Virus record (IMG/VR): IMGVR_UViG_3300010885_057925 | Location: 107,518-171,517 of that record | DNA from: a virus | Strand: one strand, 5' to 3' | Length of the DNA: 64,000 nucleotides | Shown: piece after piece, positions 10,481 through 20,019 of the stretch | Layout: the number at the start of each line of letters is the position of its first letter | How positions within the stretch are numbered: position 1 is the stretch's first letter | Position numbers and translations under genes: made by a program | The notes under the pieces: model-generated | Databases searched by the model: none | The model's input: only the letters and a program-made list of their open reading frames with translations | What the model was told of the DNA's origin: nothing

Positions 10481-11105
10481 CTATAAACTCCAAGTAATTT
10501 CTAAGATTCACATCTTCGAACCCCTTAACTGCCCAGAGGTATCTGGCAAGAGATTTCTTTGCAGATTCTATTCCCTTGTCAGAATCTTCTACACAAAGCG
10601 TCTGCTCTGGATCTGAGTTGAGCTCTTTGATTGCGTAATCATAACAATCCGGGAACGGCTTGTTTCTTTTGACGTCTTCGTTGGTAACGATTCTGTCAAA
10701 ATACTCGATTTGACCAGTCGAGTTAAGCATCTTCTCTGCAGTTTGTCTGATCGAGTTGGTCACGCAAGCAATTTTTACTTTATTTTCTTTTAGAAATTGA
10801 AGAAGTTCAATTTTCTTTGGGTCAATCTCTGCGTTTCTTTCGATTATGTCGATCGTGTAATCTTGCTTCAGCTTCCAAATCATTTCTGATTTTTCTCGAT
10901 CTACTCCAAGAATCTCAAGCTTAACTTTGGTAGGGAGTCCGTTGAATTTTGATTCGTGATCCTCTCTTGATATCGTTACTCCAGCAACTTCGTAGAGAGC
11001 TTGATTCAGTGATTTGTAATGCCACTCACACGCATCGACCAAAACTCCATCAAGATCAAATAAAACGCAAGACACGTGCTTGCCGCTTTTTCCAAAATTT
11101 CTCAA
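10452..11105 (-). CDS. HAD-superfamily phosphatase
   Basis: FDLDGVL, KPFPD, VEDS. Confidence 0.9.
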   Translation of the reverse strand: MRNFGKSGKHVSCVLFDLDGVLVDACEWHYKSLNQALYEVAGVTISREDHESKFNGLPTKVKLEILGVDREKSEMIWKLKQDYTIDIIERNAEIDPKKIELLQFLKENKVKIACVTNSIRQTAEKMLNSTGQIEYFDRIVTNEDVKRNKPFPDCYDYAIKELNSDPEQTLCVEDSDKGIESAKKSLARYLWAVKGFEDVNLRNYLEFIDESSNSDGG

Positions 11106-11146
11106 ACTTACCCCTCTTTTATCGTTAGAAGATTAGACTGTCGTTG

Positions 11147-11794
11147 CTATCTCAAAGTAAACACTTTGTCCTCGACCCATGGTTTATCAAACGTTCTTCT
11201 CAAAAGAACAGTGTAGTCGAATCTACTAACTTTTGATCTGAAACTTGACATATGGTATCGTAGCATCGTCTCAGGATGACAAGGAACTCCCGCCGCTGAG
11301 TACTCGTTTATCTTATCATAAAGAGCGCAGTAGTGATTCATATTCTCATATGACGAGAAACAAAGCATGTCAAAAAGACCGCCTCTCCAGTCTCCTCCCT
11401 GAGGTATCCAGAGAGAACTCGGATCGAATTCGTTGATCTTCAGCGGACTGCAATACTTCACGTCGAACCTAGTCTTTAGGACAACATCGTAATCTCCTTC
11501 GATTATGTCAAAAGACTTTTTGATGTTCTTCCACATCGCAAACACTGCAGCGGGATCAGTCTCAGGCGGCTTATTGTAGAAGCAAGAGTCTGATATCTTG
11601 CTCACGTTCTGATCTTTTGAATCTATGATTGTCTTTTTTGGATTGAAAAGCTTCACTGCTTCAGCGACTCTCTCTTCTTCATAAGCATGAAAGAATATGT
11701 CGCAGTCGTTGTAATTTAGTATGTTGCTTTCTAGAGACGGATAGCATTCATCAAAATTTCTAACGTCCCCGCTCAGTATTATCGCAACTTTCAT
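11147..11794 (-). CDS. Putative glycan-modifying protein
   Basis: KVAIILSG, YDVVLKTRFD, HPE motifs; located in the glycan cluster. Confidence 0.55.
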   Translation of the reverse strand: MKVAIILSGDVRNFDECYPSLESNILNYNDCDIFFHAYEEERVAEAVKLFNPKKTIIDSKDQNVSKISDSCFYNKPPETDPAAVFAMWKNIKKSFDIIEGDYDVVLKTRFDVKYCSPLKINEFDPSSLWIPQGGDWRGGLFDMLCFSSYENMNHYCALYDKINEYSAAGVPCHPETMLRYHMSSFRSKVSRFDYTVLLRRTFDKPWVEDKVFTLR

Positions 11795-12615
11795 AGCTTG
11801 TTCTCGAACTTAGGCATAAGATCAAAGAAAAGCTCCATGTTTTCATTAGCTTCAAACGGTCTAATGGAGTGATATTCGCTCAGCTCTCCAGATCTAACAG
11901 CTTGCATCAACTCATCGCACACTCTGATTCTGCCGATCGATCTGTCGATTCTTCTAGAACCCCATTCGTTGTGAAAGTTAGTGACAAGTTCTATCTTAGC
12001 TCCGGGTTCATCTCTTAACTTTTTTCTAATCAAAGAGCTAGAATAAGCTTCGTCGATGCCCCAGAGACTCATACCTTCTCTAAAGTTTGGAAGATTGACT
12101 CTCCAATCGTAGATCTTATGAAGCTCATCAGACCAGTTTTCGTTGATTTCGTGAATTGACTTGAATTGAGAACCAAAACCCACGTGATGTGAGGATGGAA
12201 AATCAGCCCCAGGATGATTATATCCGTCGGAGAAACCTACAACGTATTTTCCATCTCTCAAAAACGCCTTGATCATTTTAAAGAATCTATCACCCAAAGG
12301 TATCTGATCTATTCCCGAGATCATACATCTGTCATTTTCAAATCTAGAAGCACCGTAGTACGCGCCCCAAGTGCACGTCCAATCTCTCTGCTCAATCAAT
12401 ATGTCTGGAGATCTTTCTAAAAGAAAGATTTCTCCATGGTCGTCCGATAGCTTCTTTAGTTTTCTGAGCTCGTCGAACTCTTCTTGATTACCAGAGAAAA
12501 ATAGCGTTGGGACAGTGTTAAACTTCTCATGATATACTTTCGATACAAAATTCCAGAAGCCTAAGTAATCAGAATTGTTTGTCAACGAAAAGATGACTCT
12601 ATCAACTATTCTCAT
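11791..12615 (-). CDS. Hypothetical protein, possible glycosyltransferase
   Basis: 274 aa ORF translationally coupled within the glycan cluster. Confidence 0.5.
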   Translation of the reverse strand: MRIVDRVIFSLTNNSDYLGFWNFVSKVYHEKFNTVPTLFFSGNQEEFDELRKLKKLSDDHGEIFLLERSPDILIEQRDWTCTWGAYYGASRFENDRCMISGIDQIPLGDRFFKMIKAFLRDGKYVVGFSDGYNHPGADFPSSHHVGFGSQFKSIHEINENWSDELHKIYDWRVNLPNFREGMSLWGIDEAYSSSLIRKKLRDEPGAKIELVTNFHNEWGSRRIDRSIGRIRVCDELMQAVRSGELSEYHSIRPFEANENMELFFDLMPKFENKL

Positions 12616-13297
12616 TTTTATCTCGCAAAGAATGGATTCTTCTCATCATCTCTGGATTCATATAATGAAAAGTTATCTTTTCGTCGGTTCCGAATGAATC
12701 GATATTTCCAGTGCAAAACTTTTCTGTGTGAATGAACCTGCACTCTCCTGAGTTTCTGAACCAGAATCCTATCGATATGTCGCTGTTATAAGCTGTTGGG
12801 AAATCTTTGGTATCTAGAAGGTATTTCTTGATGGCAGTAAAACACTCTCTAGTCATCACAAACCCTGCTCCTCCGCTGGGATATGTCACCGGTAAGCTGC
12901 AGTCTCTACCTCTCAAACTTTGAAGGGGCATTCCTTGCTCAAGAGCATGATTCTCAGAGTAGTCATAGAAAACGTGGCCAAGACAAGCTTTTTCATTGGG
13001 AGAAATTTTAAGCGACTTGATCTCTGCTTTTAACGAGCTAATATCAACGTAGGTGTCATCATCGCTGATCATAATGAAATCAAAGTCATCAAAATTCTCT
13101 AGAGACATCACGAAATAAGCTAACTTAAAAGGAACATACACGTAACCGGTAGGAAGAGTAGAGAAAGAAACCATATCGTTTCCTTCGCTGTCACCCACGA
13201 AGATGTATGCATCAGAATTTTTAGCGTAAGTTTCTCTAATCGCATCTTGAAGTGATCTGTTCTTATCACATGTTATGATTGCATTTAGAATCTTCAA
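12602..13297 (-). CDS. GT31/Fringe-like glycosyltransferase
   Basis: DDDTYV DxD motif, YPSGGAG, SDISIG, ITFHY. Confidence 0.75.
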   Translation of the reverse strand: MKILNAIITCDKNRSLQDAIRETYAKNSDAYIFVGDSEGNDMVSFSTLPTGYVYVPFKLAYFVMSLENFDDFDFIMISDDDTYVDISSLKAEIKSLKISPNEKACLGHVFYDYSENHALEQGMPLQSLRGRDCSLPVTYPSGGAGFVMTRECFTAIKKYLLDTKDFPTAYNSDISIGFWFRNSGECRFIHTEKFCTGNIDSFGTDEKITFHYMNPEMMRRIHSLRDKNENS

Positions 13298-14166
13298 ATT
13301 GCACGTCCTTCCGTCAAGATGTATAAGAGATGCTTAGATCTTACATCATAGCTATGATAATTTTCAGACCTTGCGCGACCAAGATGAGCTATTTTCTCTC
13401 TTTCAGCATCGTTTCTGGTGAAATGATCTATTAGAGCCATGAGCTCGTCTGCGTTATGATAGACGACAATCTCCTCATTAATCTTGAAGAGTCTTTCGAT
13501 ATTAGGCGTGTAATTTGTGAGCAGCATCGCTCCAGAACCTGTAGCCTCAAAAGTTCTGAAGTTCACGTCGTCAGCGATGTTTATGTTGAAAGCTATCTTG
13601 TAGCTTGACAGAGCTCGCACCATATCGTTTCCAATCACGAATATGTCGCGCTTCAAATTAAACTTTGACGATATCAGATTAAGCCAATTCTCTCTGTTGC
13701 CGATGAGAGAGCCGCAAAACCCAACGTCAACGTTTCTTTCAACGCTAGAGTCAGGCTTTATCAAATCAGAAGGATACCCATTCGGAAACCAGACAGCTGA
13801 GCTGACCAAACCTCTGAAGTGATCGATGTGCTGTATGTTGGACATCAAGAGAATGTCGAACTTGTGCTTGAGGCAATGAGCTTGATGATTCTGAAGAGAG
13901 CAATGAGAATCGATGCTCCAGAACAATTTCTTTCCCTTGAACTTTGAGATGTCTGGATGCCACCCAGAGTCATAATTCTCAAGGCTTAGCAGGGCATCAC
14001 AATCTCTGGATATCTCGTCGAAAGGGACGGAAAAATTATTGTAATTCAACCCCCAAACGACAGCTTCATGACCGGCTCGCTCAATTCCTCGCTTAAGGCA
14101 CAGAGCCTCTCTGAACTCTCTATTTCCTTCGTTTCTTCCGCGTTCCTGTATCAGTAAGATCTTCAT
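13294..14166 (-). CDS. CgeB-family (GT-B) glycosyltransferase
   Basis: VGFCGS, NFRTFEATGSGAMLLT, IA..GR..S..YHSY. Confidence 0.8.
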   Translation of the reverse strand: MKILLIQERGRNEGNREFREALCLKRGIERAGHEAVVWGLNYNNFSVPFDEISRDCDALLSLENYDSGWHPDISKFKGKKLFWSIDSHCSLQNHQAHCLKHKFDILLMSNIQHIDHFRGLVSSAVWFPNGYPSDLIKPDSSVERNVDVGFCGSLIGNRENWLNLISSKFNLKRDIFVIGNDMVRALSSYKIAFNINIADDVNFRTFEATGSGAMLLTNYTPNIERLFKINEEIVVYHNADELMALIDHFTRNDAEREKIAHLGRARSENYHSYDVRSKHLLYILTEGRAI

Positions 14167-14813
14167 ATGACTGCTCTCAACGCTGCTTTTTGCTCTTCAA
14201 CAGCCACATCATTTTCATCGAATGCTAGACCCACAAACTCATCGCTGACGCGTTTGGTCGGAAATTGAATCTTTTGAAAGAACTCATCATGAACAATCGA
14301 GAACTGAGCGACCTTTGGATAGATAATTTCGCGCAAGAAATTTTGATCAACTTGCCAAAAATCTCCCTTCACGTACTCACGAATTAGATCGCTCATGTTA
14401 CTGAGAAGCGGAGCTCTAGCTCCCCACATTCCTCCTAAAATCTCTGTAGCGTGGTGAGGGTGATCACGCATGATATGAAACATCGCGCTGCTTCCGAGCC
14501 ACTGCTTCACTGCAGCTACTTCACGAGCAGTTATCCTGCTATCGCAGTCTCGACTGATCATCACGTCAACGTCAGGGTCTGAGGCTGCCTCGAATCTCCA
14601 GAACATGCCCGTCCAGTCGCCGGGCTTCTTCATATCGATTACGTGTGCTCCACGATCATGAAGACCGCTGATCGTTTCAGAAGGAGTATTAGTACCTACA
14701 TAAAAGCGGGCCTGCCATCCAGGATATAGTTCACTCACAAGCTCAGCGTTCCTAAGAGCTCCGATGTTATACTTTGGGTTATCACCCCATAAAGAGTAAG
14801 AAACTACTCTCAT
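14163..14813 (-). CDS. Putative glycosyltransferase
   Basis: SYSLWG..PKY, MFWRF, RDCDSR, MRDHP, ILGGMWG, DQ.FL. Confidence 0.6.
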   Translation of the reverse strand: MRVVSYSLWGDNPKYNIGALRNAELVSELYPGWQARFYVGTNTPSETISGLHDRGAHVIDMKKPGDWTGMFWRFEAASDPDVDVMISRDCDSRITAREVAAVKQWLGSSAMFHIMRDHPHHATEILGGMWGARAPLLSNMSDLIREYVKGDFWQVDQNFLREIIYPKVAQFSIVHDEFFQKIQFPTKRVSDEFVGLAFDENDVAVEEQKAALRAVI

Positions 14814-16399
14814 CGATTCAACCCGAACATGTGCTGAGCTCTTTGAGCGAACATCATGTGATCTCTCATCACGTGCTGATTGTTGACTGCGTACGTCATG
14901 TCGATACCCTCCTTCGTATTATCAGGGTGCTCATGGCGGATGATTACATCGTCCACATATGTTTGCTTTCCAAAAGCGAAAGCCACCTGCATAAACTCGT
15001 TATCACAGTAGAACGAGACGTAATCGGGGTGGTAGAGATAGCCGAAACGATCGTAGTATCTCTTTCCTAAAACGATCAGAGTGTTGAGCTTCTGCTTCTG
15101 ATAACCATCGGAGAACCAGATGACACCATCTAGATCAGGGTAGTTCACCTTCATCTGCCGAATTATCTCGAGATCGTAACCCTCTCTTTCTGGAATCATA
15201 TCGTCAGATGCTAGCAGGCAGATATCAAAATCTCGACCAGACATGTCAGCGTTGACAGCTTGAATCTTTGTCTTACTGTTGCCGTAGCAGACCTCAACGT
15301 TTTCGTACGACTCGAATCTTTTTCTGACTTCCTCGTTGTTCATCGTAGAATCGTCAAGATCACATGATACTAAGAACTTGACATTCTTAGATCTGCTAAG
15401 ATTTCTGTAGCTCTCAAGAACTGAGAAAAATTTCTCTGGACGACCGCGGGTTGGAAACTTCACCAGAAGATTGGGCTCTAAGTTTTCACGACCCGATATG
15501 ATATCCAGAGTCCTCTGCCAGAAAACTGCTCTTCTATTGTGGAGCCACCTGAGAATGTTGAGAGGTTCGTACTCAAGCCACGTCTCTCCAACGTGCTGAA
15601 CATTCTCGTTAGATATCACCTGACATCCCAATAACTTAGACTCAGTTACCATTCTATTAGAAACATCAGCTCCGCGTGGTAGACAGACATAACCTTCAGA
15701 GTTAGACATAGCTTCTAAAACTTGATCTGGGCTCATGCTCTTGATCAAGCTGAAGATCTTGTCATTTTCCAGTAACCACTTCTTAGCGTCATCAGTTCCC
15801 TTTATCCACGAGTCGGAGTCAAGAGTCAGCCACCCAGACTTTTTTCTATTTGGAAGAGACTGGATAAGAGGAATAATCTTTTTGAAGAACTCGTCTCCAA
15901 ATACCGCTGAGAGAACAGAGCAGTTTGCATTTTTCAAGCTTGGGAATCTATCGAAGTACCTTTGCATATGCTTCTGAGAGCAAAACCAAACTTGCCGAGC
16001 ATTGAGATAGAACTGCTCAATTAGCTTGCCCCAGGGCTCAGCCTCGCAGCGGCACTCCTCACCGCCCTCTGCCAGATGTCTCTCAACCGATCTCCATCTA
16101 CAGAACTTATAGTCATGCTCAAACACGGAGTAGCTAATTTTAGATAACGAAAAAGCGCTTATAAGAGTTGGATTCAATTGAGAAAAATTACCAAAGACCC
16201 AGTGACAGTTTGGTTGACTCTCTACCATCTCTCTAGTCAGATGAGCTGAGTGAACAGTGGCGAACGGAACAGGAGCTGAGCTATGCAGAGCGTCCATTGA
16301 CAGCTCAGCCCCTCCGACCAGATCTGACAGAAAAAAATCTTGAACAAAGATGATCTTAAACTCAGGCTTCTTTTGCTCTGAAAATGGACTGTTGAACAT
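14810..16399 (-). CDS. Two-domain glycosyltransferase (GT-B-like N-terminus, GT2-like C-terminus)
   Basis: GGAEL N-terminus; PTRGRP, SDDM, YCDNE in the C-terminal domain. Confidence 0.7.
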   Translation of the reverse strand: MFNSPFSEQKKPEFKIIFVQDFFLSDLVGGAELSMDALHSSAPVPFATVHSAHLTREMVESQPNCHWVFGNFSQLNPTLISAFSLSKISYSVFEHDYKFCRWRSVERHLAEGGEECRCEAEPWGKLIEQFYLNARQVWFCSQKHMQRYFDRFPSLKNANCSVLSAVFGDEFFKKIIPLIQSLPNRKKSGWLTLDSDSWIKGTDDAKKWLLENDKIFSLIKSMSPDQVLEAMSNSEGYVCLPRGADVSNRMVTESKLLGCQVISNENVQHVGETWLEYEPLNILRWLHNRRAVFWQRTLDIISGRENLEPNLLVKFPTRGRPEKFFSVLESYRNLSRSKNVKFLVSCDLDDSTMNNEEVRKRFESYENVEVCYGNSKTKIQAVNADMSGRDFDICLLASDDMIPEREGYDLEIIRQMKVNYPDLDGVIWFSDGYQKQKLNTLIVLGKRYYDRFGYLYHPDYVSFYCDNEFMQVAFAFGKQTYVDDVIIRHEHPDNTKEGIDMTYAVNNQHVMRDHMMFAQRAQHMFGLNR

Positions 16400-16442
16400 A
16401 GTACATTATAAGACCCATGAACAAAACGAAAATGCAGATACA

Positions 16443-16472
16443 AAAATGGTCGGCCCGAAGACCGACCATTTT
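16443..16472 (-). terminator. Intrinsic terminator
   Basis: AAAATGGTCGG/CCGACCATTTT inverted repeat directly after the fibre gene. Confidence 0.75.
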
Positions 16473-16486
16473 CTCAACTCAGCTGA

Positions 16487-19054
16487 TCACTTTTCGTCGA
16501 GCTCAGGAACTCTCTCGAGGAGGAACTTGTAACGCTTTCCGTTCTTGTTGAAGCGGATAGACAGGAAGTCAGATTCCTCGATCAAGGTGTAGCTACCGCG
16601 CTCGTTTCGGAGGTGTAAGTCTCCAGTGTAGATGTTAGCCCATCTGATTGAAGGTCCGCCGAGATCGAATTGGCTGTCCGCGCCTGGAAAGAATCCTTGA
16701 CGTCCACCAGAGGCTGTAACATGCGAAATCAGCGCTCCATCAAGGTTGAACCTGTGAGCGATTGTGGCCTGGTTATTGACCGTGCTACCGCTGAGGGTGA
16801 GAGTAGTTACGCCAGTTCCTGCAGCGAGAATAACGTTCTGGTCGGCAGATCCAGAAATTGTTGTTGTATTAGTTACAGCATTGATGAGAAGCTCTGCAAC
16901 CCCATCTCTCTGGAAGACGAATCCGCCTGTTCCAACGTTCGCAGTAACCGTGCTACCGCTTACCGTCATCCCACCAGAGCCGACTGCTCCGATATTGACC
17001 TGCTGGTTGCTTGCTCCCTGGAAGTTAGCACTGTTTCCAGCCGTTGTCAGAGTAAGAACTGTCTGGGTCGCATTGTTGAACTTGATATCGTTACCGTCAG
17101 CACGGAGAACAAGGTCCGCAGCAGCTCTGAGCCTTGCATCGCTTCCATCACCCTCAACAACAAGATACGCCGGAGCTCCGGTGTCTTTGACAAACGTTGC
17201 ACCGCTAGCTCCGTGCGTCAGGGTAATACCGTTCGTACCGCTGAGAGCTAGAGCCACACCCGTGAGTGTTCCGACCTGCAGAGTGTTAGAAGCGTAGCTG
17301 ATCGTTCCTCTTCCAGTATCGTTAAACTTTAGATTGACACCCAGCGTATTCGCGCTGAGATCGATGCTTGAGCCTGTCAGGACCAGGCTGGTCGCTCCGC
17401 CTGCGGCGTCCATCGCAGCAATCTTGAACTCGGTTCCCGAGGTGCCGATAAGCTGACCGACTCTTGAACCGCTCCTCGTGAAGTTTGTAGCATTGCTGGT
17501 GTCTAGAGTGACAGTCGTACCGCTGACAACAAGAGCCTTTCCAGCAGCCGCTCCGAACTGCACATTTGTGCTTGAATCCTTGAGTTCTGCGAACTGAACG
17601 CCTGCTATCTCGAACGAAGTTCCCTTGCCCGTCGCTCCGTTGAGGGTGACGCTACCGTTGTTGGACTGGACTGTTGCTGCATCGGTAGCAAAGACCGTAA
17701 GGGCTGTTCCATTCGAAGACGTAACGTAGGCACTGGTTCCGTTGACCTCGAGCTTGCTTGCTCTGATGGGCTGCAGCGCTGAGACCGTGATAGTCACATC
17801 TTCCGGAGTTGACGTTGTTCTTGTCGCTACGAAAGCTGAGTTGGAATTTGACCAACCGAAAGCAACGTTGTTACCAGCTCCCGTGATTCCGCCAATGAAG
17901 CCTCGATCTCCTGCGCTAGTAGCGACTGAGCCTGACAGGAAGCCGAATCCGACAAGCGGATCCTCGATCACGAGGTTACTGGCCGATACGGTCATTGTCG
18001 TGCCCTGAACTTCAAGGTCACCAGCGACTACAACTTTCGAAGCAGCTCCACCGAGCGTTAACGTGGTGGTTGATGCGCCACCGACGTTGAGGGATGTTGC
18101 GGCTGTAGCGATATTACCTGCAGCTGCAGCAAAGACGATATCGTTACCAGAAACTGTGAGATCACCCGCAACCGTTGTGTCATTTCCAGCGAACGTCGTT
18201 CCCTCGACGACCACGCTGCCACCAGTTGAGGAGATCGTTAGATTACCGGTACCGCTGTGCGTGACTGTCTGAGCGTTCCCAGAGAGTGTGATATTACCCG
18301 CGATATCAGCTGTCGAGTCAACGTCGAGCGCGCCTCTGACGTTTAATGTGTTACCAGTTCCGCTCTGTCCAACGTTGACGGTCGCTGCAGTGTTTCCGAG
18401 GTTGATAGTTGTAGGAGCAGTCGCGGTGATTGTGGTACCACCAACCGTCAATGAGCCTGCAACGGTTGTCGTGTCAGAGGTGGAATCACCGAGGAAAGTG
18501 CTTCCGCTGACAATCGCGTTGCCTTGAACCGTGAGGTTTCCAAGTGCCTGAAGAGCAGAGCCGCTGATGACGCCAAGACCACTGATGCTTGCGACAGTGT
18601 TTCCGTTCGCAAGATCTTTCACAGCGAATGAACCAGAAGTTACGATCGGCCCTGAGAAGAGAGCTGTGTTAGAAGACGTGTTGCTGCCTGACACAGCGAA
18701 GAATACGTCGGAGCCCTTGGTCGAAGCGGCAGCGCCGAATCCGATCGCAATTGACGATGTGGTGAATGCTGCGGTCGCGCCTGACTCGGTGAACACACCA
18801 GCGCCACCACCACCAGTTGAAGCTGTGATCTCCCACTGACCGAGCGAGTTGTAGTTCGCAGTGATGTTCGGCCCACCAACGACAAAGTTATCTCCAGCCC
18901 CAGTCTTCTGGAGCGAGCCGGTGATGTTACTGGCATAAACGTTACGCCACTTGCTTGAAGTTGATCCAAGATCGAACGTTGCCGACCCTGGAATAAGAGA
19001 TCCAGTTACTGCGATGGTTCCAATAGAACCAGAGAGACTACCTACCAAAGCCAT
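16487..19054 (-). CDS. Virion fibre-like structural protein
   Basis: 855 aa, G/S/T/A-rich beta repeats; C-terminal RWANIYTGDLHLRNERG module. Confidence 0.75.
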   Translation of the reverse strand: MALVGSLSGSIGTIAVTGSLIPGSATFDLGSTSSKWRNVYASNITGSLQKTGAGDNFVVGGPNITANYNSLGQWEITASTGGGGAGVFTESGATAAFTTSSIAIGFGAAASTKGSDVFFAVSGSNTSSNTALFSGPIVTSGSFAVKDLANGNTVASISGLGVISGSALQALGNLTVQGNAIVSGSTFLGDSTSDTTTVAGSLTVGGTTITATAPTTINLGNTAATVNVGQSGTGNTLNVRGALDVDSTADIAGNITLSGNAQTVTHSGTGNLTISSTGGSVVVEGTTFAGNDTTVAGDLTVSGNDIVFAAAAGNIATAATSLNVGGASTTTLTLGGAASKVVVAGDLEVQGTTMTVSASNLVIEDPLVGFGFLSGSVATSAGDRGFIGGITGAGNNVAFGWSNSNSAFVATRTTSTPEDVTITVSALQPIRASKLEVNGTSAYVTSSNGTALTVFATDAATVQSNNGSVTLNGATGKGTSFEIAGVQFAELKDSSTNVQFGAAAGKALVVSGTTVTLDTSNATNFTRSGSRVGQLIGTSGTEFKIAAMDAAGGATSLVLTGSSIDLSANTLGVNLKFNDTGRGTISYASNTLQVGTLTGVALALSGTNGITLTHGASGATFVKDTGAPAYLVVEGDGSDARLRAAADLVLRADGNDIKFNNATQTVLTLTTAGNSANFQGASNQQVNIGAVGSGGMTVSGSTVTANVGTGGFVFQRDGVAELLINAVTNTTTISGSADQNVILAAGTGVTTLTLSGSTVNNQATIAHRFNLDGALISHVTASGGRQGFFPGADSQFDLGGPSIRWANIYTGDLHLRNERGSYTLIEESDFLSIRFNKNGKRYKFLLERVPELDEK

Positions 19055-19095
19055 GTTATTTCTCCAGAGTCAGCTTTAACTATTAACAACGAAAG

Positions 19096-20007
19096 TTAAT
19101 CCTCGATCAACTGCATCATCATCTTGTAATTTTTACCTGTCTTGTTGTTTACGATCCTGAGGAAATCGTTCTCCTCAATCACAGTCCAGTCACCACGCTC
19201 GTTGCGAAGGTGAAGGTCACCAGTGTAGATGTGGGCCCAGCGGATGTCTGCAGTGCCGAGAGTGTAGGTGTTGTGAGCGTCAGGAATGATCGAACCTTTC
19301 ATTCCAACGGAGCCGGTGATGTAAATCGATCCAGACATGAATATGTTGGAAGCTCCGGCAGTGTCCGTTGTTCCAATCTTAATATTCGTGGTTGATCCTG
19401 GATCTCCGCCCTGACCTATGTTAATATTCTTTGTGAGACCAGAAAGAGTCGCTCCCGTTGCGAGATTAAGACTGATAGATCCCGTTCTGCTTGCTGCAAC
19501 GTTGAGAGTGAAACCGTTCGCGTTGCTTGAATTTCCGAGAGATATTGTGGAAGCTGCTCCACCTATTGCGACGGAGCTGACGCCGGTTCCGAATATTGTT
19601 GTTGAAGATTCAGTGCTGGTGATATCGCCACCGTTAACAGCAATATCTCCTGAGATCGTTAGGCTGTTTGACCCTGTAGCAAAGACAAGACCTGATGAAG
19701 CTCCGAGAAAACCGTTGTTGTTAAACTGTATCTGAGTGTTTGAACCAGCAGGAGGAGAAGAAAACTCGATTAGATCAGAATCACCGACTCCATCACGATA
19801 CCAGTATTTTTTTGATGATCCACTTACGATTAGTCGAACTTCCATCGACTTGAATCTAAGAGCTGATGGAATACCAGAGTTTGCTGCTGCAATAGAAGAC
19901 GAGACGGTATCGAAAGAACCAGTGAAGGGTCCCGAATACGAGTCGACTGGAACCGCGTTGACAGGCTGAATTCCGTATGGTAGCTGAAGTCCGGGAGTTA
20001 CTGGCAT
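19096..20007 (-). CDS. Virion fibre-like structural protein
   Basis: G/S/T-rich, QIQFN motif, same C-terminal YTGDLHLRNERG module. Confidence 0.7.
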   Translation of the reverse strand: MPVTPGLQLPYGIQPVNAVPVDSYSGPFTGSFDTVSSSIAAANSGIPSALRFKSMEVRLIVSGSSKKYWYRDGVGDSDLIEFSSPPAGSNTQIQFNNNGFLGASSGLVFATGSNSLTISGDIAVNGGDITSTESSTTIFGTGVSSVAIGGAASTISLGNSSNANGFTLNVAASRTGSISLNLATGATLSGLTKNINIGQGGDPGSTTNIKIGTTDTAGASNIFMSGSIYITGSVGMKGSIIPDAHNTYTLGTADIRWAHIYTGDLHLRNERGDWTVIEENDFLRIVNNKTGKNYKMMMQLIED

Positions 20008-20019
20008 GCTGCTCTCTAA